A stretch of DNA of 64,000 nt from assembly GCF_009914755.1 (NCBI RefSeq), contig NC_060933.1. One strand, given 5' to 3'. The DNA is from the human T2T-CHM13v2.0 reference genome, Homo sapiens. This document shows, in pieces, positions 36,014-52,019 of this stretch. Under the pieces are notes generated by a model. It had not been told where the DNA came from, made no database searches, and saw only the letters and a program-made list of their open reading frames with translations. A program made the position numbers and the translations under genes. Within the stretch, counting starts at the first letter, position 1. Each line of letters begins with the position of its first letter.

Positions 36014-36357
36014 TTTTTTTTTTTTTTTCTTTTCTTTTTTTTTTTTTTCTTTTCTTTTTTTTTTTTTTGAGACAGACTCTCACTGTGTTGCCCAGGCTGA
36101 AGTGTAGTGGCACTGTCTTGGCTCACTGCAACCTCCACCTGCCTCCTGGGTTCAAGCGATTCTCCCACCTCAGCATCCCCAGTAGTTGGGACTACAGGCA
36201 TGCACCACCACACCTGGCTAATTTTTTGTATTTTTTAGTAGAGAGGGGATTTCACTATGTTGGCCAGGCTGGTCTTGAACTCCTGACCTCAGGTGATCCA
36301 CCTACCTCGGCCTCCCAGAGTGCTGAGATTACAGGCGTGAGCCACCGCTCCTGGGCA
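36014..36357 (-). mobile_element. AluS
   Basis: Antisense Alu; an Alu monomer fragment also lies at ~35762-35886. Confidence 0.95.
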
Positions 36358-36713
36358 GCAACCAGCTTTTTATCCCTGGTCCCTGTCACATTCCCTTGGC
36401 ACTGTTCTGCACTCTAATTTTTTCCTTTCTTATACATACTTGTAGCTGGACCTGTTGGTTTAATTATTATTTTATTATTCCTATGTTCATTTAGTTTATT
36501 GACTTTCAATGTTGCTGCTTTGTATATTGTCTAGTTTTTGCTGTTTTATCTTATTTTATTATATAAGCAGTTTATTTTATTCTTCCTTTTACTTATCTTT
36601 GATTTTAAAATTTTAAAATTATGCTCATCTTTTACCATGTCTTATTTATTTATATCTCTTCTATCTTTTGTTATATGTCTCTTTTTTCTTGTCATTTTAG
36701 CTTTTTAGCATTT

Positions 36714-36965
36714 TGAGGGGACCTACTCAGAACCCCAGAGTTTGTATGAAGATTATTTTAAGCTGAAAATATTTGAAATTCAACAAATGCAAAAAGAAGC
36801 ATTCTCAGACCTTCCCTTATCTGACTAAAAGCAGCAATTGCTGGGGCTCCCAGAATCCCCTCTCTCTCGGCGGGAGGCTTCTATAAATCCCCTCTCTGGA
36901 AGGGAGTTTCATGGCCATGAGGAAAATGAAAGGCCACTTGCACCTGCATAAACCAACATTATCAC
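36714..36965. mobile_element. Old ERV1-type LTR fragment (MER34/LTR48-like)
   Basis: gattattttaagctgaaaatatttga...cttcccttatctgactaaaagcag; recognised by eye. Confidence 0.4.
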
Positions 36966-37474
36966 AAACGTATCCAAGGACACATGGGTAATTAGGGTCA
37001 GACTCAAAACCAGTTCCCTTAACACTGCCTACCCTGAGGCTACCCCTGTTCCACACTTCAATTCCATTTCCCAGTCTTGGGTGAGGAGCTGCACTGTGGA
37101 CATCACCACAAGAACCTGGTCCAGCCTGGAGCCACAGGCAAGAGCAGAGTGCTTCATGGTTTCTTTCCCACTCCCACCAGCTTCAAGAACACCCAAGGTG
37201 GGTGGGGCATCATTGTCATTTTCAACTAGAAGTGGACTTAATTCTCTCCAGCTTCAAAACATACCCAGCTTGAAAATCTGCTCCCTGAGGTTTGTTCCCA
37301 TCGGGTACACCCACCCATCCAACCCTAGTAGAAGGGTAGGACCGGGGACATGGGGAGGGTGATAATTTGGCAGTTTTTGTCTCTCTTTTCCCAGTGTCTT
37401 ATAGCTGAAATATTTTTTTGGAGGCCCCAGGAAGTGGCTGAAAAAGAACTGGATTATTGCCTCTAAGGCCACTA

Positions 37475-37858
<384 letters not shown>

Positions 37859-38705
37859 TCATCGCTTCCCTAACACGACTTTCACCAACTGCTTCCCCTT
37901 CCATCATCTGTTTTTGAGTTTTTCTCCACGTGCAACCTTCCCAGTTTCCTCCTCTAGCAGCAGTGGTGAGAAGAGCTGGGCTGCAGATGAACTCTCCACC
38001 CCAGGAGGGTTTTACCATGGAAGGAGCTGCTTTTCTAGCTTTCTCCTACACATAACACACAGATCTCTCATTATCCAATTAGGGCCTATTTGGGACCCCA
38101 CACTCCAGTATGAATAAAGCATTGTTCTCTCTCCATGTATTTTAAAAAAAATCCTTTATCCAATCCAATAAGAATCAAAGAATCCTTTGATTCTTTCTGG
38201 ATTTACTGAAGGAAAAAAGAGTGGCAGAGATAAACCTTGGCCAGTCATGCTAATGTCACTTAATTTGACATTTGATACCTGAGATCTTGTGACTCTGTAA
38301 TAGTAAGTAATATGCTTCTTCTGATCTCGGCTCACTTCCCCAATGAATGAAAATGCTGTCAGTATTTATATCCTTCTGCTGAAGTACATACAGATTTTTA
38401 GGCATCAGACCTTGATTTAAGAGTCTTTTAAGCTCTATTTTACAGGAGAAGACCTGGTAGGAGTAAAAATAAGTACATGAAAGCCAGAATGCCTGGTTGA
38501 AAATTTCTCCTCTCAATTTAGGTCCTGTTACTTAATCTCTATAAAATGGAGATAATGACACTTAATTCCGTGAATCTTAAATAAATATATGTAAAATGTC
38601 TGACCTTCAACAAGCTTTAGGCTATTAAATGATTTTCACTCCTAAAATCAAATGAATTCTTGTTTTGATGATTCTATTGCCAAGACTGCAGCCACAAAAA
38701 TTCTA

Positions 38706-39143
<438 letters not shown>

Positions 39144-39839
39144 TCAATCAACCACTCCATTTCTCTGTTTCTTTATAGCAAAATTCCTCCAAGGGCTACC
39201 TCTACTCATTAATTCTGTTCTTTCTTGACATCTTTTGTCTGTTTTGGAACTTTCTTGGCTATGGTCTAGTTTGCTTCTTCCTCTTCACTCTTTCCTTCAT
39301 CTGGACCATGAGAAAGGGGTTTTGATCTGACAGTCTTCCCCTAGAATGCTACTTCCTAAGTCCCAGACTGGGATGGAGAAGGTGGTTGTTGTCAAACTAT
39401 TAGGGCTTGTGAAAACACAAATCGCTGGCCCCACTCCCAGAGTTTCTGATTCAGTATAGCTGAGGTGGGGCCCCAATTTCTAACAAGTTCCTAGGTGAGA
39501 CTGATGATACTGGAATATATTTTGAGGACCACTAGAATAAGGAGTTCAGGACTCTCTTGCTCTCACAATGAGTTAAATTCTCCAACCTAGCTTTACCAAT
39601 AACACAGATGTCATTTTGATGTTTCATCTGCTGCTTCTACCATTTTATACCTGAAATGATTCACAATTCAGGCAAGAAAGAGAGGTGCTGTATATTGAAC
39701 TCCTCAAAAGCCCAACAGCTGACATTTATTACTTACCATGTGCCGTTTGATGTCCTAAGCGTTTTATGTAGTCTATCTCATTTAGTCCTCACCAAAGCCC
39801 TAATATCATTTCACCTTTCAGTAAGGAAATTAAGATACT

Positions 39840-40139
<300 letters not shown>

Positions 40140-40649
40140 TTAAACAATTTTCCAGGCCACTCAGTTCTGGAGACATAATTCGAATCAAGGGAATATGATG
40201 TCAAGGCTGCGGTTTTAACCCCTAGGATATGCTATCTTGTGTGTGGGAATATGAAAGTCACCTGAGTACGTATCTATGTTCAGTATAGCCACCATCTTCC
40301 CATGCAATGATTCATGACCTGTGTTTACCCTTGTTAATGTGGCATAAACTGCTCTCCCAAGGCCGTCACAGTCAACTATAGAAGTAGCTACAAATAATGT
40401 TACTGCCACAGTCTAAACTCCTCTAAGTTGAGCAAATTCAGAACAAATATCAGAAAAGCAATTTATATTTTTAGACTTATTAATAAGGTGTTAAATTTCT
40501 CATTCTACAAACATTTATTGAACACTACAATTTGCCACGCAGTTGGGGGATTTCACTGCACCTAATAAACAGCACACTTCCCCCACCCCCAAAGTTTCGA
40601 ATCAATTGAGAAATAGGCAATATATTAGTTTGCTAGGGCTGCTGTAATT

Positions 40650-43330
40650 GAGACATAAAGAAGGAAGAAAATGTGACAGTTAATAAAAGTGGACTCAGAG
40701 ATGGAAAAGATGTTGGAACTAGCAGACAAGGACTTTAAAATAACAATAGTATATATGTTTAAAAGATTGGGGTGCAGGGAGGTAGACAATATGTAGGCAG
40801 GGAATTTCATTCCAGGAATGGAAACTACAGAAAAGATGCAATGGAAATGCTAGGACTGAAAAAGTACAATATTAGAAATGAAGATTTCATCAGTTGGGCT
40901 TAATGGCCAACTTGACAAGAGTGGAAGAAATGATCAGGGAATTTGAATACAAAGTGTCTAAAATGAAATGTAAAGAGAAAAATGAATGGAAAAACCGAAC
41001 AAATCTTTGAGACTTATAGGTAATAATCAAATCAACTAATAGATGTGTAATTGGAGCCTAAGAGGAACAGGAAAGGGAGAGTGGGGAAGGAAAAATACCT
41101 GAAGAAATAATGGCCAAGAATTTTGCAAAATTGATGGGGGATTGAGGGTGGTGGTGGCAACTCACAGATCCCAAATCTTAAACAGGGGAATAATAACAAA
41201 ATTTTTGGCTGACTTCTCATCAGAAAGAATGGAGATGAGCAAACAATGGAACAGCATCTTTAAAATGCTGAAAGAAAAAAAAAGGCTGAACCTAGAAGTC
41301 TATATACAGTGAAAATATCCTTCAAAAAATTAAGGCCAATTAGATACATTTATAAACAAAAATGGAAAGAATTTATCCCCAGACCAGTGCCATAAGACAT
41401 GCTAGGGGAAGGGGAAGTCTTTAGGTTGAAGGACAATGTAGTCAGATGGAAGATCAAATCTGCAATAAGGAATGAAGGATAACAGAAAAAGTAAATTAGT
41501 ACATAAACATTTTAAAAACCTTTTAATTTTTTTTTTTTTTTTGAGACAGAGTTTCGTTCTTGTCGCCCAGGCTAGAGTGCAGTGGCACAATCTCGGCTCA
41601 CTGGAACCTCTGCCTCCTGGGAAAAAGCTTTTAATTTTGTATTTAACCGTATCACACATTTTTTCATTTCTAGAAAAGACGATTGATTTTTAAAGTAAAA
41701 ATATGAACACATCAATATATCATGGGGGCTTTTAACATACAATGTATTGTGGGGTTTATAATACATGACAATAAGAGGATGAAGGATGAGGAGGAGGAAA
41801 ATTAAATTATACAATTGTAAGGTTCTTACATTGTTTGTGGTCATTTAATATTATTTTAGGCTGGGCGTGGTGGCTCATGCCTGTAATTCCAGCTACTCCA
41901 GAGGCTGAGGCACAAGAATCACTCGAACTCAGGAGATGGAGGTTGCAGTGAGACGAGATCGTGCCACTGCACTCCAGCCTGGGCAACAGAGTGAGACTCT
42001 GCCTCAAAAAAAAAAAAAAAAAGAAATATATTATTTAAAGGTAAACATAAGTTAAAGATGCATACCATAATCTCTAAAGCAATTATTATAAAAATAAAAA
42101 TATATATTTATAGATGACCCTTGAACAATTCAAAAATTAGGGGTGCCAACCCCTGTGCAGTAAAAAATCTGCACATAACTTTTGACTCCCCCAAAACTCA
42201 ACTACTAATAGCCTACTGTTGACTGGAAGCCTTACCATTAACATAAATAGTTGATTAACACATAGACTAGTGTGCATTTGTGAGACACTTTTTCTGAATT
42301 TTTTTGGTATTTCTAGGCTATATAGTTTGTCTACAAGTTTTTTCAAATTGTTGCAAATCTCCAAAAATTTTTCCAACAAATTTATTTTTAAAAATCCACA
42401 TATAAGTGGACCCATGCAGCCCAAACCCGCATTGTTCAAGGGTCAACTATACATATACATGAAGTGGAGGTGACAAATGGAATTCTAAAAACAAAAACTG
42501 ATTAACTCAAAAGAAGACAGGAAAAAATAAAAAAGAGAAGAACAAGGAACACATGAGACAAACAGAAAACAAATAGCAATGGTAGACTTAAGCCCAACCA
42601 CATTCATAGTTACATTGAATGTAAAAGCTGAACACTCCAATTATAAGATAAAGATGAACAGACTGGATTTTTAAAAATGTACTAACATTGTCAGGATGCA
42701 GTGGCTCACATCTATAATCCTAGCATTTTGGGAGACTGAGTTGGGAGGATTACTTGAGGCCAGAAGTTTGGGACTAGCCTGGGCAGCATAGTGAAACAGA
42801 AACTAAATCCAGGATATGAAAACCACCAGACTATATTTTCATAAACACATCAATCCAATTCTTAGGTATTACTCAAGAGAAATGAAAACTTATGTCCACA
42901 AACTACTGTACAATAATGTTTGTAGCTGGCTTATTCATAATAGCTAACAACTGGGGAAAAAAAAATCCTAAATGTCCACCAAAAGGAGAAAGGATAAAGA
43001 AATTGTGGTATAGTCAAACAATGGAACACTACTTATCAGTAAGAAAGGACTGAACTACTGGCACATGCAGAAACCTGGATGAATCTCAAAAACATGCTGA
43101 GTAAAAGAAGCCAAACACGAAAGGGTGTATACTAAGATGATTCCTGTATATGAAGTCCTGGCAGAGGCAAATGTAATTTACTGTGATAGACATCTGAACC
43201 TACTACTTCTGGGAGTAGGCAGGAATTGACTGAAGGAGGCACACAGGAACTCTCTGGGGTGATCGGAATATTTTGTGTGTTAATATGGGTATGGGTGGCA
43301 TGTAATGTTAATTGTATTACTGTGGACAAT
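40650..43330 (+). mobile_element. Old L1M fragments (ORF1 region and 3' end) with Alu pieces (41527-41620 -, 41859-42022 +, 42690-42795 +)
   Basis: gaagaaataatggccaagaatttt; aaaatatccttcaaaaa; atgaatctcaaaaacatgctgagtaaaagaagcca. Confidence 0.65.
42111..42449. mobile_element. Tigger2-derived MITE (MER8/Tigger2a-like)
   Basis: TIRs gacccttgaacaa / ttgttcaagggtc with TA flanks. Confidence 0.8.
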
Positions 43331-43394
43331 CTAACCCTGGACTCATGTCACTTGTCAGTGGGCTCAACAGTTATCCTGTCTGGATTGGTTAATT

Positions 43395-43536
43395 ATGGAT
43401 AAGTAAGTTGACTGCCATACCAGTTTGCCTCAGATAGTCCTAATTTTCATCAACTGTCCTTGTAATAATTATGAAGTGAGTGCCTTTCATTCTCAAACAT
43501 GTCTTAGTTTGGATGATAAATCATGTGGTCATCTTA
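43395..43536 (-). mobile_element. MER94/MER81-like hAT fragment
   Basis: ctttcattctcaaacatgtcttagtttggatgataaatcatgtggtcatctta. Confidence 0.5.
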
Positions 43537-43946
43537 AGAAATCACTTAAGATTTCTTTCTTAGAAATCTTAAGTTATTTCTTGCTCTTACATGATATTAG
43601 CAGAAAAAATAGATACTGTGGCTCCTGCCTAAAAAGGCCCATTTTTTAGAGAGAATAGACACCATGTCACTAAATTCAGTACTGAAACTCCCAGGAGACA
43701 TGGATTTTAAGAAGTTTTGAAATTACTTGGTGAGAAATGTACCTCAAATATGACCTGGAAATAGGGACTGCCTCTATTGCAGATTTTTAACTTTACAAAA
43801 AAAGCAAAAGGTCTCAAATGTCTTTGTGAAAGGAGAAAAAAATCCATTGGTAGATTATACATTCAGGTTTTTTCAGTTTTCATTACTGCAAACTTAAGCA
43901 GTGGTTCTCAATCACTCAATTGTAGTCAACACCTCAACGTACTCAA

Positions 43947-44137
43947 TGGAAAAGGCAAGGGAACAGATTCTCCCCTGGAGCCTCCAGCAGGAGTGTGGCC
44001 CTGCAGACACCTTGATTTTTTAGCCTCATAACACTTACTTTGACTTCTGGCCTCCAAATGGTAAGAGAATAAATTTCTATTGTTTTAATAATAGCTTTGT
44101 GTTAAGGTATTAACAGTAGTAATGGGAAACCAATACA
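43947..44137 (+). mobile_element. MLT1D-like MaLR LTR fragment
   Basis: ggaaaaggcaagggaacagattctcccctggagcctcca...aaaccaataca. Confidence 0.7.
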
Positions 44138-44293
44138 AAGCAAATGTAAAAAGTTCAAATAAAAGTTGAAGAGGGCAACAGAAGAGACAGATATCAGAAA
44201 GAATGAGGTCATATTTGTGATCACTTTATGAGAACATCAAAAGAGCAAACTATAGAGCTGAGAAGACAGAAGATCCGCCCTGGCTTATCCCTC

Positions 44294-44659
44294 TAATATG
44301 GTTTGGCTGTGTCCACACCCAAATATCATCTTGAATTGTAGCTCCCATAATTCCTGTGTGTTGTGAGAGGGACCTGGTGAGAGTTAACTGAATCATGGGG
44401 CCGTTTCCCCCATACTGTTCTCATGGTGGTGAATAAGTCTCACGAGATCTCATGGTTTTATAAGGGGAAACCCCTTTTGCTTGGTTCTCATTTTCCCTCT
44501 TTGCCTGCAGCCATGTAAGACATTCCTTTCGCCTTCTGCCACAATTGTGAGGCCTCCCCAGCCACATGGAACTGTGAGTCCATATTAAACCTCTTTTTCT
44601 TTAAAAATTACTCAGTCTCAGGTATGCCTTTATCAGCAGTGTGGAAATGGACTAATACA
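44294..44659 (+). mobile_element. THE1 (THE1D-like) solo LTR
   Basis: atatggtttggctgtgtcc...ggactaataca; TSD ccctc. Confidence 0.9.
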
Positions 44660-44709
44660 CCCTCCCTCTCGCTATTATGTGAAACCTCATTTCACTTAAA
44701 AATGAGCAA

Positions 44710-45105
44710 AAGATCCATCAACAGATGGATAAACAAAATGTGGTATAGCTGCTATGCAATGAAATATCATTAAAGGAACGAAGGACTGATACATGGATAC
44801 TACAACATGGATGAACCACAAAAACATTATGCTAAGTGAAAGAAGCCAGACACAGAAAAATCACATAACGTATGATTCCATTTATGTGACATATCCAGAA
44901 TATTCACAGAAATAGAAAGCAGATTGGTGGTTGCTAGGAGTTGTGGGAGTAACTCTGGAGACAGAGTTTCTTCTGGGGTTAATGAAAATGTTTTGGAACT
45001 GGATAGATGTGGTAGTTGAACGACATTGTGAATATACTAAATGCCACTGAATTGTTCACTTTAAAATGATTGATTTTGTATTATGTGAATTTCACCTAAA
45101 TCAAA
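44710..45105 (+). mobile_element. L1MB-type 3' end
   Basis: atggataaacaaaatgtggtata...aatgccactgaattgttcactttaaaatg. Confidence 0.8.
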
Positions 45106-45289
45106 ATAGTCCACTGCAAATATTGAAGAATATGCAACAAACTTAGAAACTATTTCAGTGATCCCTCCTGAGAAACCTGGGGGTTAATGAGCTTCAGACA
45201 AAGAAAAAGAAGGGAAACATTGAAATAAAGCCTGTGGTGAGGTTTAAGTGTGCCCTTTCTGTAGAACTATTAATAAAACAAAATGACGC

Positions 45290-46056
<767 letters not shown>

Positions 46057-46329
46057 TCATAGCATAGGGGTTTGCTGTTTGGAGAAAATATGTGGGACCT
46101 TGTCAGTGTCCAGTTAGAGGTGACATGGACTCTAGGTGTCCACTAAGATTCTTTAGATATTCTTGTGTGATCTTAAAAATTGCAGTTTAAACTGGACTTA
46201 CGTGTTGTGTGGATACTGCAGATTGCCTGATTCAACAGCTCGATCACTCTACTCCCTGAGTGCTTTCCATATGGAAGCTGGAAGCGAGGCTGTCTTTTAT
46301 TCATTCCCAACAATTGCTGGTCACCCCTA

Positions 46330-46587
46330 ACAACGCTGCAATGAACATCCTTGTACATATCCCCTTTGGGACCCGTGTGCATGTTCCTCTGGGTGTACTC
46401 AATATGGATTGTTTGGTCGTAGTAGACATAGTACACATATACAAATAAGTACTCTCAGGCTACTCTCCAAAATGGGTGTGGCTGTATGACGCTCCCTGCA
46501 GAGTAGGAGGGTTCCATTTTCCTACATTCGCACCAATATTTAGCATTATCTGATATTCTAAGTTTTTCTGATCTGATGGGTGTAAAA
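46330..46587 (-). mobile_element. Old L1ME-type fragment ending in a fold-back hairpin
   Basis: gctgcaatgaacatccttgtacat...ctgatgggtgtaaaa. Confidence 0.55.
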
Positions 46588-46673
46588 CTTAGAATATCAG
46601 ATAATGCAAAATATTCGTGAAATATTTAGGGAAACTAGAAAAACTTGATTCAAAGAATGTAATCAGAAAACAC

Positions 46674-46696
46674 CTTTCTTTCTTTCTTTCTTTCTG

Positions 46697-46752
<56 letters not shown>

Positions 46753-46830
46753 TCCTTCCTTCCTTCCTTCCTCCCTCTCCCCTCTCTCTCTCTTCCTTCT
46801 TTCCTTCTCTTTCTTTCTCTAATTCTTTCT
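46674..46830. repeat. (TTTC)n microsatellite and pyrimidine tract
   Basis: Direct reading. Confidence 0.95.
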
Positions 46831-48581
46831 TGACTTCTGCTCCCTTTAAATTTATTTAGTGGGAAAGTACCTTCTGTTCCAACTTGAAAATGTACGCATT
46901 CCCATGACATTTCTCTTACTTTCAGGAAATAAAAATATCTTGGTGACATTGAACAAAAACACAGTCTTATTTCAGTAACTAAAAGTACACTATGTTAAGT
47001 TATTATAAAATCTTTGCATTTAAATTAAGTTAAAATCTTTCTCCTTCCCTTGATGGAACCTTCTACAGGCAGGAACCAGGGGAGGGACTGTGATGTTTCT
47101 TTTCTCTATGCTCACCTTCCACTCCATCTATGTTGCTAAGTATGATTTCCTCTAAGAATGGGGAGGCAGAGGAGGTAAAAAGCGTTAGGAACATGATGAC
47201 TGGTATTGTAAGATGGTGTTCTCTGGACCTAATAAGTGTTTAGAGCTGATAATGTTTGGGGTGGGAGTATTCAGAGGATTCTGTTGGGAATGCTCAATGG
47301 TGTTTTCCTGATAGGGGAACTGGAGTTTCCTCTGACTTGCTGCTCCCCTCTTAGCCCCTAGTCCTTTGACTGACTCTACTCGGGAGGCACTCACAGACTT
47401 TTTCTGTTAAGATCCTGTGGCTCCCCCAGGCAGCCCTTCTTGGGACTTAAAAGGCACCAGATTAGCTCTTTCTCCTTAGTGGTCATTTTGCAAAGGTAGC
47501 ATGAATACATGCACTCCATCAATGCCACATGGTACAAATATAAAATAACATTTATTGGGAGAAATGGATAAGCAGAAATGTGCATAGTTGACAGTTCCTA
47601 CTGTCATGAGTCCTCCAGGAATGATGCTTGGACTGATTGTGGGTGGGCTGGACTCAGTGGGGCCATGGTCCCATAATGAAGAGCTCTACTTCCACCTACA
47701 TTCCATATTCGTAGGAAAATAGAGACAAGGATCATCTACGTGCCTTTGTAGTGATGGACAACCTCTGATTGCAAACAGGCTTTATTAGAAAGAAGCAACT
47801 TCTGAGATCAGTTTTCATGTTTTAGCCTGTTTTCCTATTGAGTGAACTCAGATCTGGTGAGCCAGCTCTTTACCAGGCTACTGAAAGGACACAGGGAATC
47901 AGCCTCCAGGGCTGCCCTGAGCAGTCGGCATAGGCATCCATTGCCCTGACCAACTGGAAGTACAGGCCCATCCCAAAGCAGCTAACTTCTTGCTTTCCAG
48001 CACTGGAGTAGTTAGTGAGTCTACCTCTGCCTTCACAATTTTCCAGTGGTCAGATACCAGTCCACTGTGTCTCCCTGGCTAGTAGAATGAATATAAAACT
48101 CTCTAAGTAGTACTGCTGAAGCCTCTCTCTCTTAACTAAGGTGAAGGGGCAGATATTCTCTCTCTCTCCATTCTAGGAATGAGAGTCAAAGAACAACTGT
48201 TTCCAAAGAAACCTTCCTAACAAATTCTCTTTTGACTCTTTTATAGCCTCAATATGAGGGTGATTTTGAACACCTACTTAGAAATTTTTGAATAGTGGAA
48301 TAATGAATTCTTTGAAATAAAATCTTTGTTTTTTCTTCATAGAAACTGAGCATGGGATATTTATAAAGACTTTGACAGTTGGTTCTCAACTTTGGCTGGA
48401 TATGAGAATCACTGGAGAAGCCTATGCCTTGCCTGCATCCTGAGCAGTTAAATCAGAGTCTCTGGAGGTGGGCTCTCTAGGTGATTCTAATCTACAGTCA
48501 AGGTTGAGAACCACTGCTTATGTAGAAACAAAGGCTTTGAAAGCAGAAACAATTACATTGGGTGATTAAACGTAATTTCCA

Positions 48582-49262
<681 letters not shown>

Positions 49263-49565
49263 ATCTTGTGCATGGCTTTTAAAAGCAGGCAACCCAGTGC
49301 CATTCCAATTTGCATTTGGTGCTCAGGAATAGGCTGCAGTTAGCAGTGTTTCCAGGAGTTGTCCAGAATACATATTTTACTTTCTTTTTGTGTTTTTCTG
49401 TTTTCTTTTGTCTGCTAAGTTTTGTGGCTGAATTTTCGAGTTGTGCTTTCCACCTCTTTCTTTGGGGGAACTCTTTATACCTCTGTCTGACACAGTACAT
49501 TTTGTCCCCTTATCCACTTGCTGTTGTGGACATCAGTGAGTGCACCCACAGCCTCAGGTAGGTGA

Positions 49566-49913
<348 letters not shown>

Positions 49914-51043
49914 TAATCTCTCGCTTCCCCTTTCCCATACAATCAGCTCCAAGTGCTAAGATTTAGGCATCTATTATGTGCCAGACATTGTTAAAATAAA
50001 TTCTTTATATTTCAAGCTTTCTATATATGATCTTATTTCATCTTTCCAATTATGCTAAAAAATGGGTGCTATTATTATCTTCCCCATATTATTACCTTTC
50101 CCTAAATGGAAGAAACTGAAATTCTTTCCATTTCAGTCACACCTCAAAATAAGGAAAGAGACTCCGTGGTTCCTGGTTATAAATGACAGAAACTGACCCT
50201 TGCTGATGTAAGAAGGGAGCACATTTATTAAAAATGTCTTGGGTTTGGATGTAAATGTCTTCTTGGTGTCAAAATTCTATTGATTTTATAGCTCATCTTT
50301 ATCCTATTTGAGTTTTCTAATAAATTTAAAGTTGACAAAAGACAGAAATTCTTTACATTTTTGCTTCTACAAGACTATGAACCTGTTAAAAACCAATTAT
50401 GTCCCTTTTTTCTAAGTAGCTAATGTAGGGTCTTGAATATGTTGTGTACTGATTAAATGTGTGACTCGTTGAGGTATAGGTGGATTCTGCCTTCTAGCAT
50501 AGGGCTGAGGTGTGGTCTGAAGCAAGCCATTGCCTAGCAGCTTGTTAGAAGTGTAAAGTCATGGGCCTCCCCCTGGACCTGCTGAATCAGGATCTGGGGA
50601 AGAAGGAGCAGGACATATTAACAAGCCATTCAGGTGATTCTGATGCACTCTTGGGTTTGAAAAGCTCTGCTTTCATGGCTCCTAGTCCAGTAGACCCATG
50701 GAAAAATTAATTTATAAACAAATATTCACTATTTAATCTAAAAGCCATAGTAATAAGTAATGCCTCTTTACTAAAATGTAAGAGGTATGAGTTCACCTTA
50801 AAACTGTGATGTCTTTCTCATCTTCTCCTGCCCTAAGCTACTTCATTCCTTCCTTTTTCATTTGTGTGCTGTTCAGAAATCAAGGTAGAAGTCAAGTGAT
50901 GTTTGCTGTTTTGTGTGACACACCAAGTCACACCCGATCCACACTGATCAGGATAGGAAATTGTTTCTTCCATCTAGTGACTTGAAAGAGAAGGGAGCAT
51001 CAGTTTGAGTGAATGTGTGTCAGCCTAGAGAGATAGATAGAGC

Positions 51044-51122
51044 ATCTATCTCTCTGTATCTATCTATCTATCATCTATCTGTCTGTCTGTCCGTCTGTCT
51101 ATCTATCTACCTATCTATCTAT
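51044..51122. repeat. (TCTA)n/(TCTG)n compound microsatellite
   Basis: Direct reading; followed by an MST-type LTR fragment ~51130-51279. Confidence 0.9.
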
Positions 51123-51808
51123 TGATCGAACTCACTCATTACCATGAAGATGGCACCAAGCCATTTCATGAGGGACTTGCCTCCATGACCCAGACACCTC
51201 CCACCAGGCCTCACCTCTAACATTGGGGATTACATTTCAACATGAAATTTTGAGGGGACAAACCTCCAAACCGTATCAGCCAGCTTTCTCTAGAGAAGTG
51301 ATTCTCAACTTTGGCTTCACATCAGAATCACCTGGTGGGTTTCTAAAAACTTTCATTACCCTGTGCTCTGGAGGTTCAGGTGGAGCCAGGAGAAATGTGG
51401 ATCTTCCCAAGTTGCCCATTCTTTGACACTTACCCACTTTGAAATCAACATATGACTGGTTAGCTGCAACTTATGAGATACTATTGCTAGCAGCTCTTTG
51501 GGCCTTGTGGGTGGCCACAAATCCCTCCAATGGTACCAGGTTGGCCATAAAATATGCTGCCCTCCAGACCTTCTGCTTCTGGGACTATTCCAGGAGTTTG
51601 AGTTCTAACCAAGAATGTTTCTTGCCTCTCTGAGCTGGAATCCCAAGCCCTCTGAGAGCTTAATTTTTTAAAAAAATGTTGTATTGCAGCTTCAGTTAAA
51701 TGATTTTTAGTAAATTTACAAAGTTGTAAAGCTATCACTACCCCAGAAACATCCCTCATGACCCCTTACAATCACTCCCCATTCGCACTCCTGACCATGC
51801 TCAAATTC

Positions 51809-51810
<2 letters not shown>

Positions 51811-51863
<53 letters not shown>

Positions 51864-52010
51864 GAGACAGGGTCTTTCCCTGTTGCCCAGGCTGGAGTTC
51901 AGTGGCACGATCATGGCTCACCGCTGCCTCAACATTTTGGGCTCAAGCAGTCCTCCCCACTCAGCTTCCCAAAGTGTTGGGACTGTACGCATGAGCCACC
52001 GCACCTGGTC
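51811..52010 (-). mobile_element. Deleted Alu/monomer with a 52-nt poly(T) tract
   Basis: T run 51811-51862, then Alu-like sequence. Confidence 0.85.
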
Positions 52011-52019
52011 AAATTCTTT

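Noticed and set aside
38170-38195. 11-bp stem hairpin (others at 51027-51055, 54154-54178, 55552-55570)
   Set aside because: Short stems, partly microsatellite-derived; not distinguishable from background without statistics
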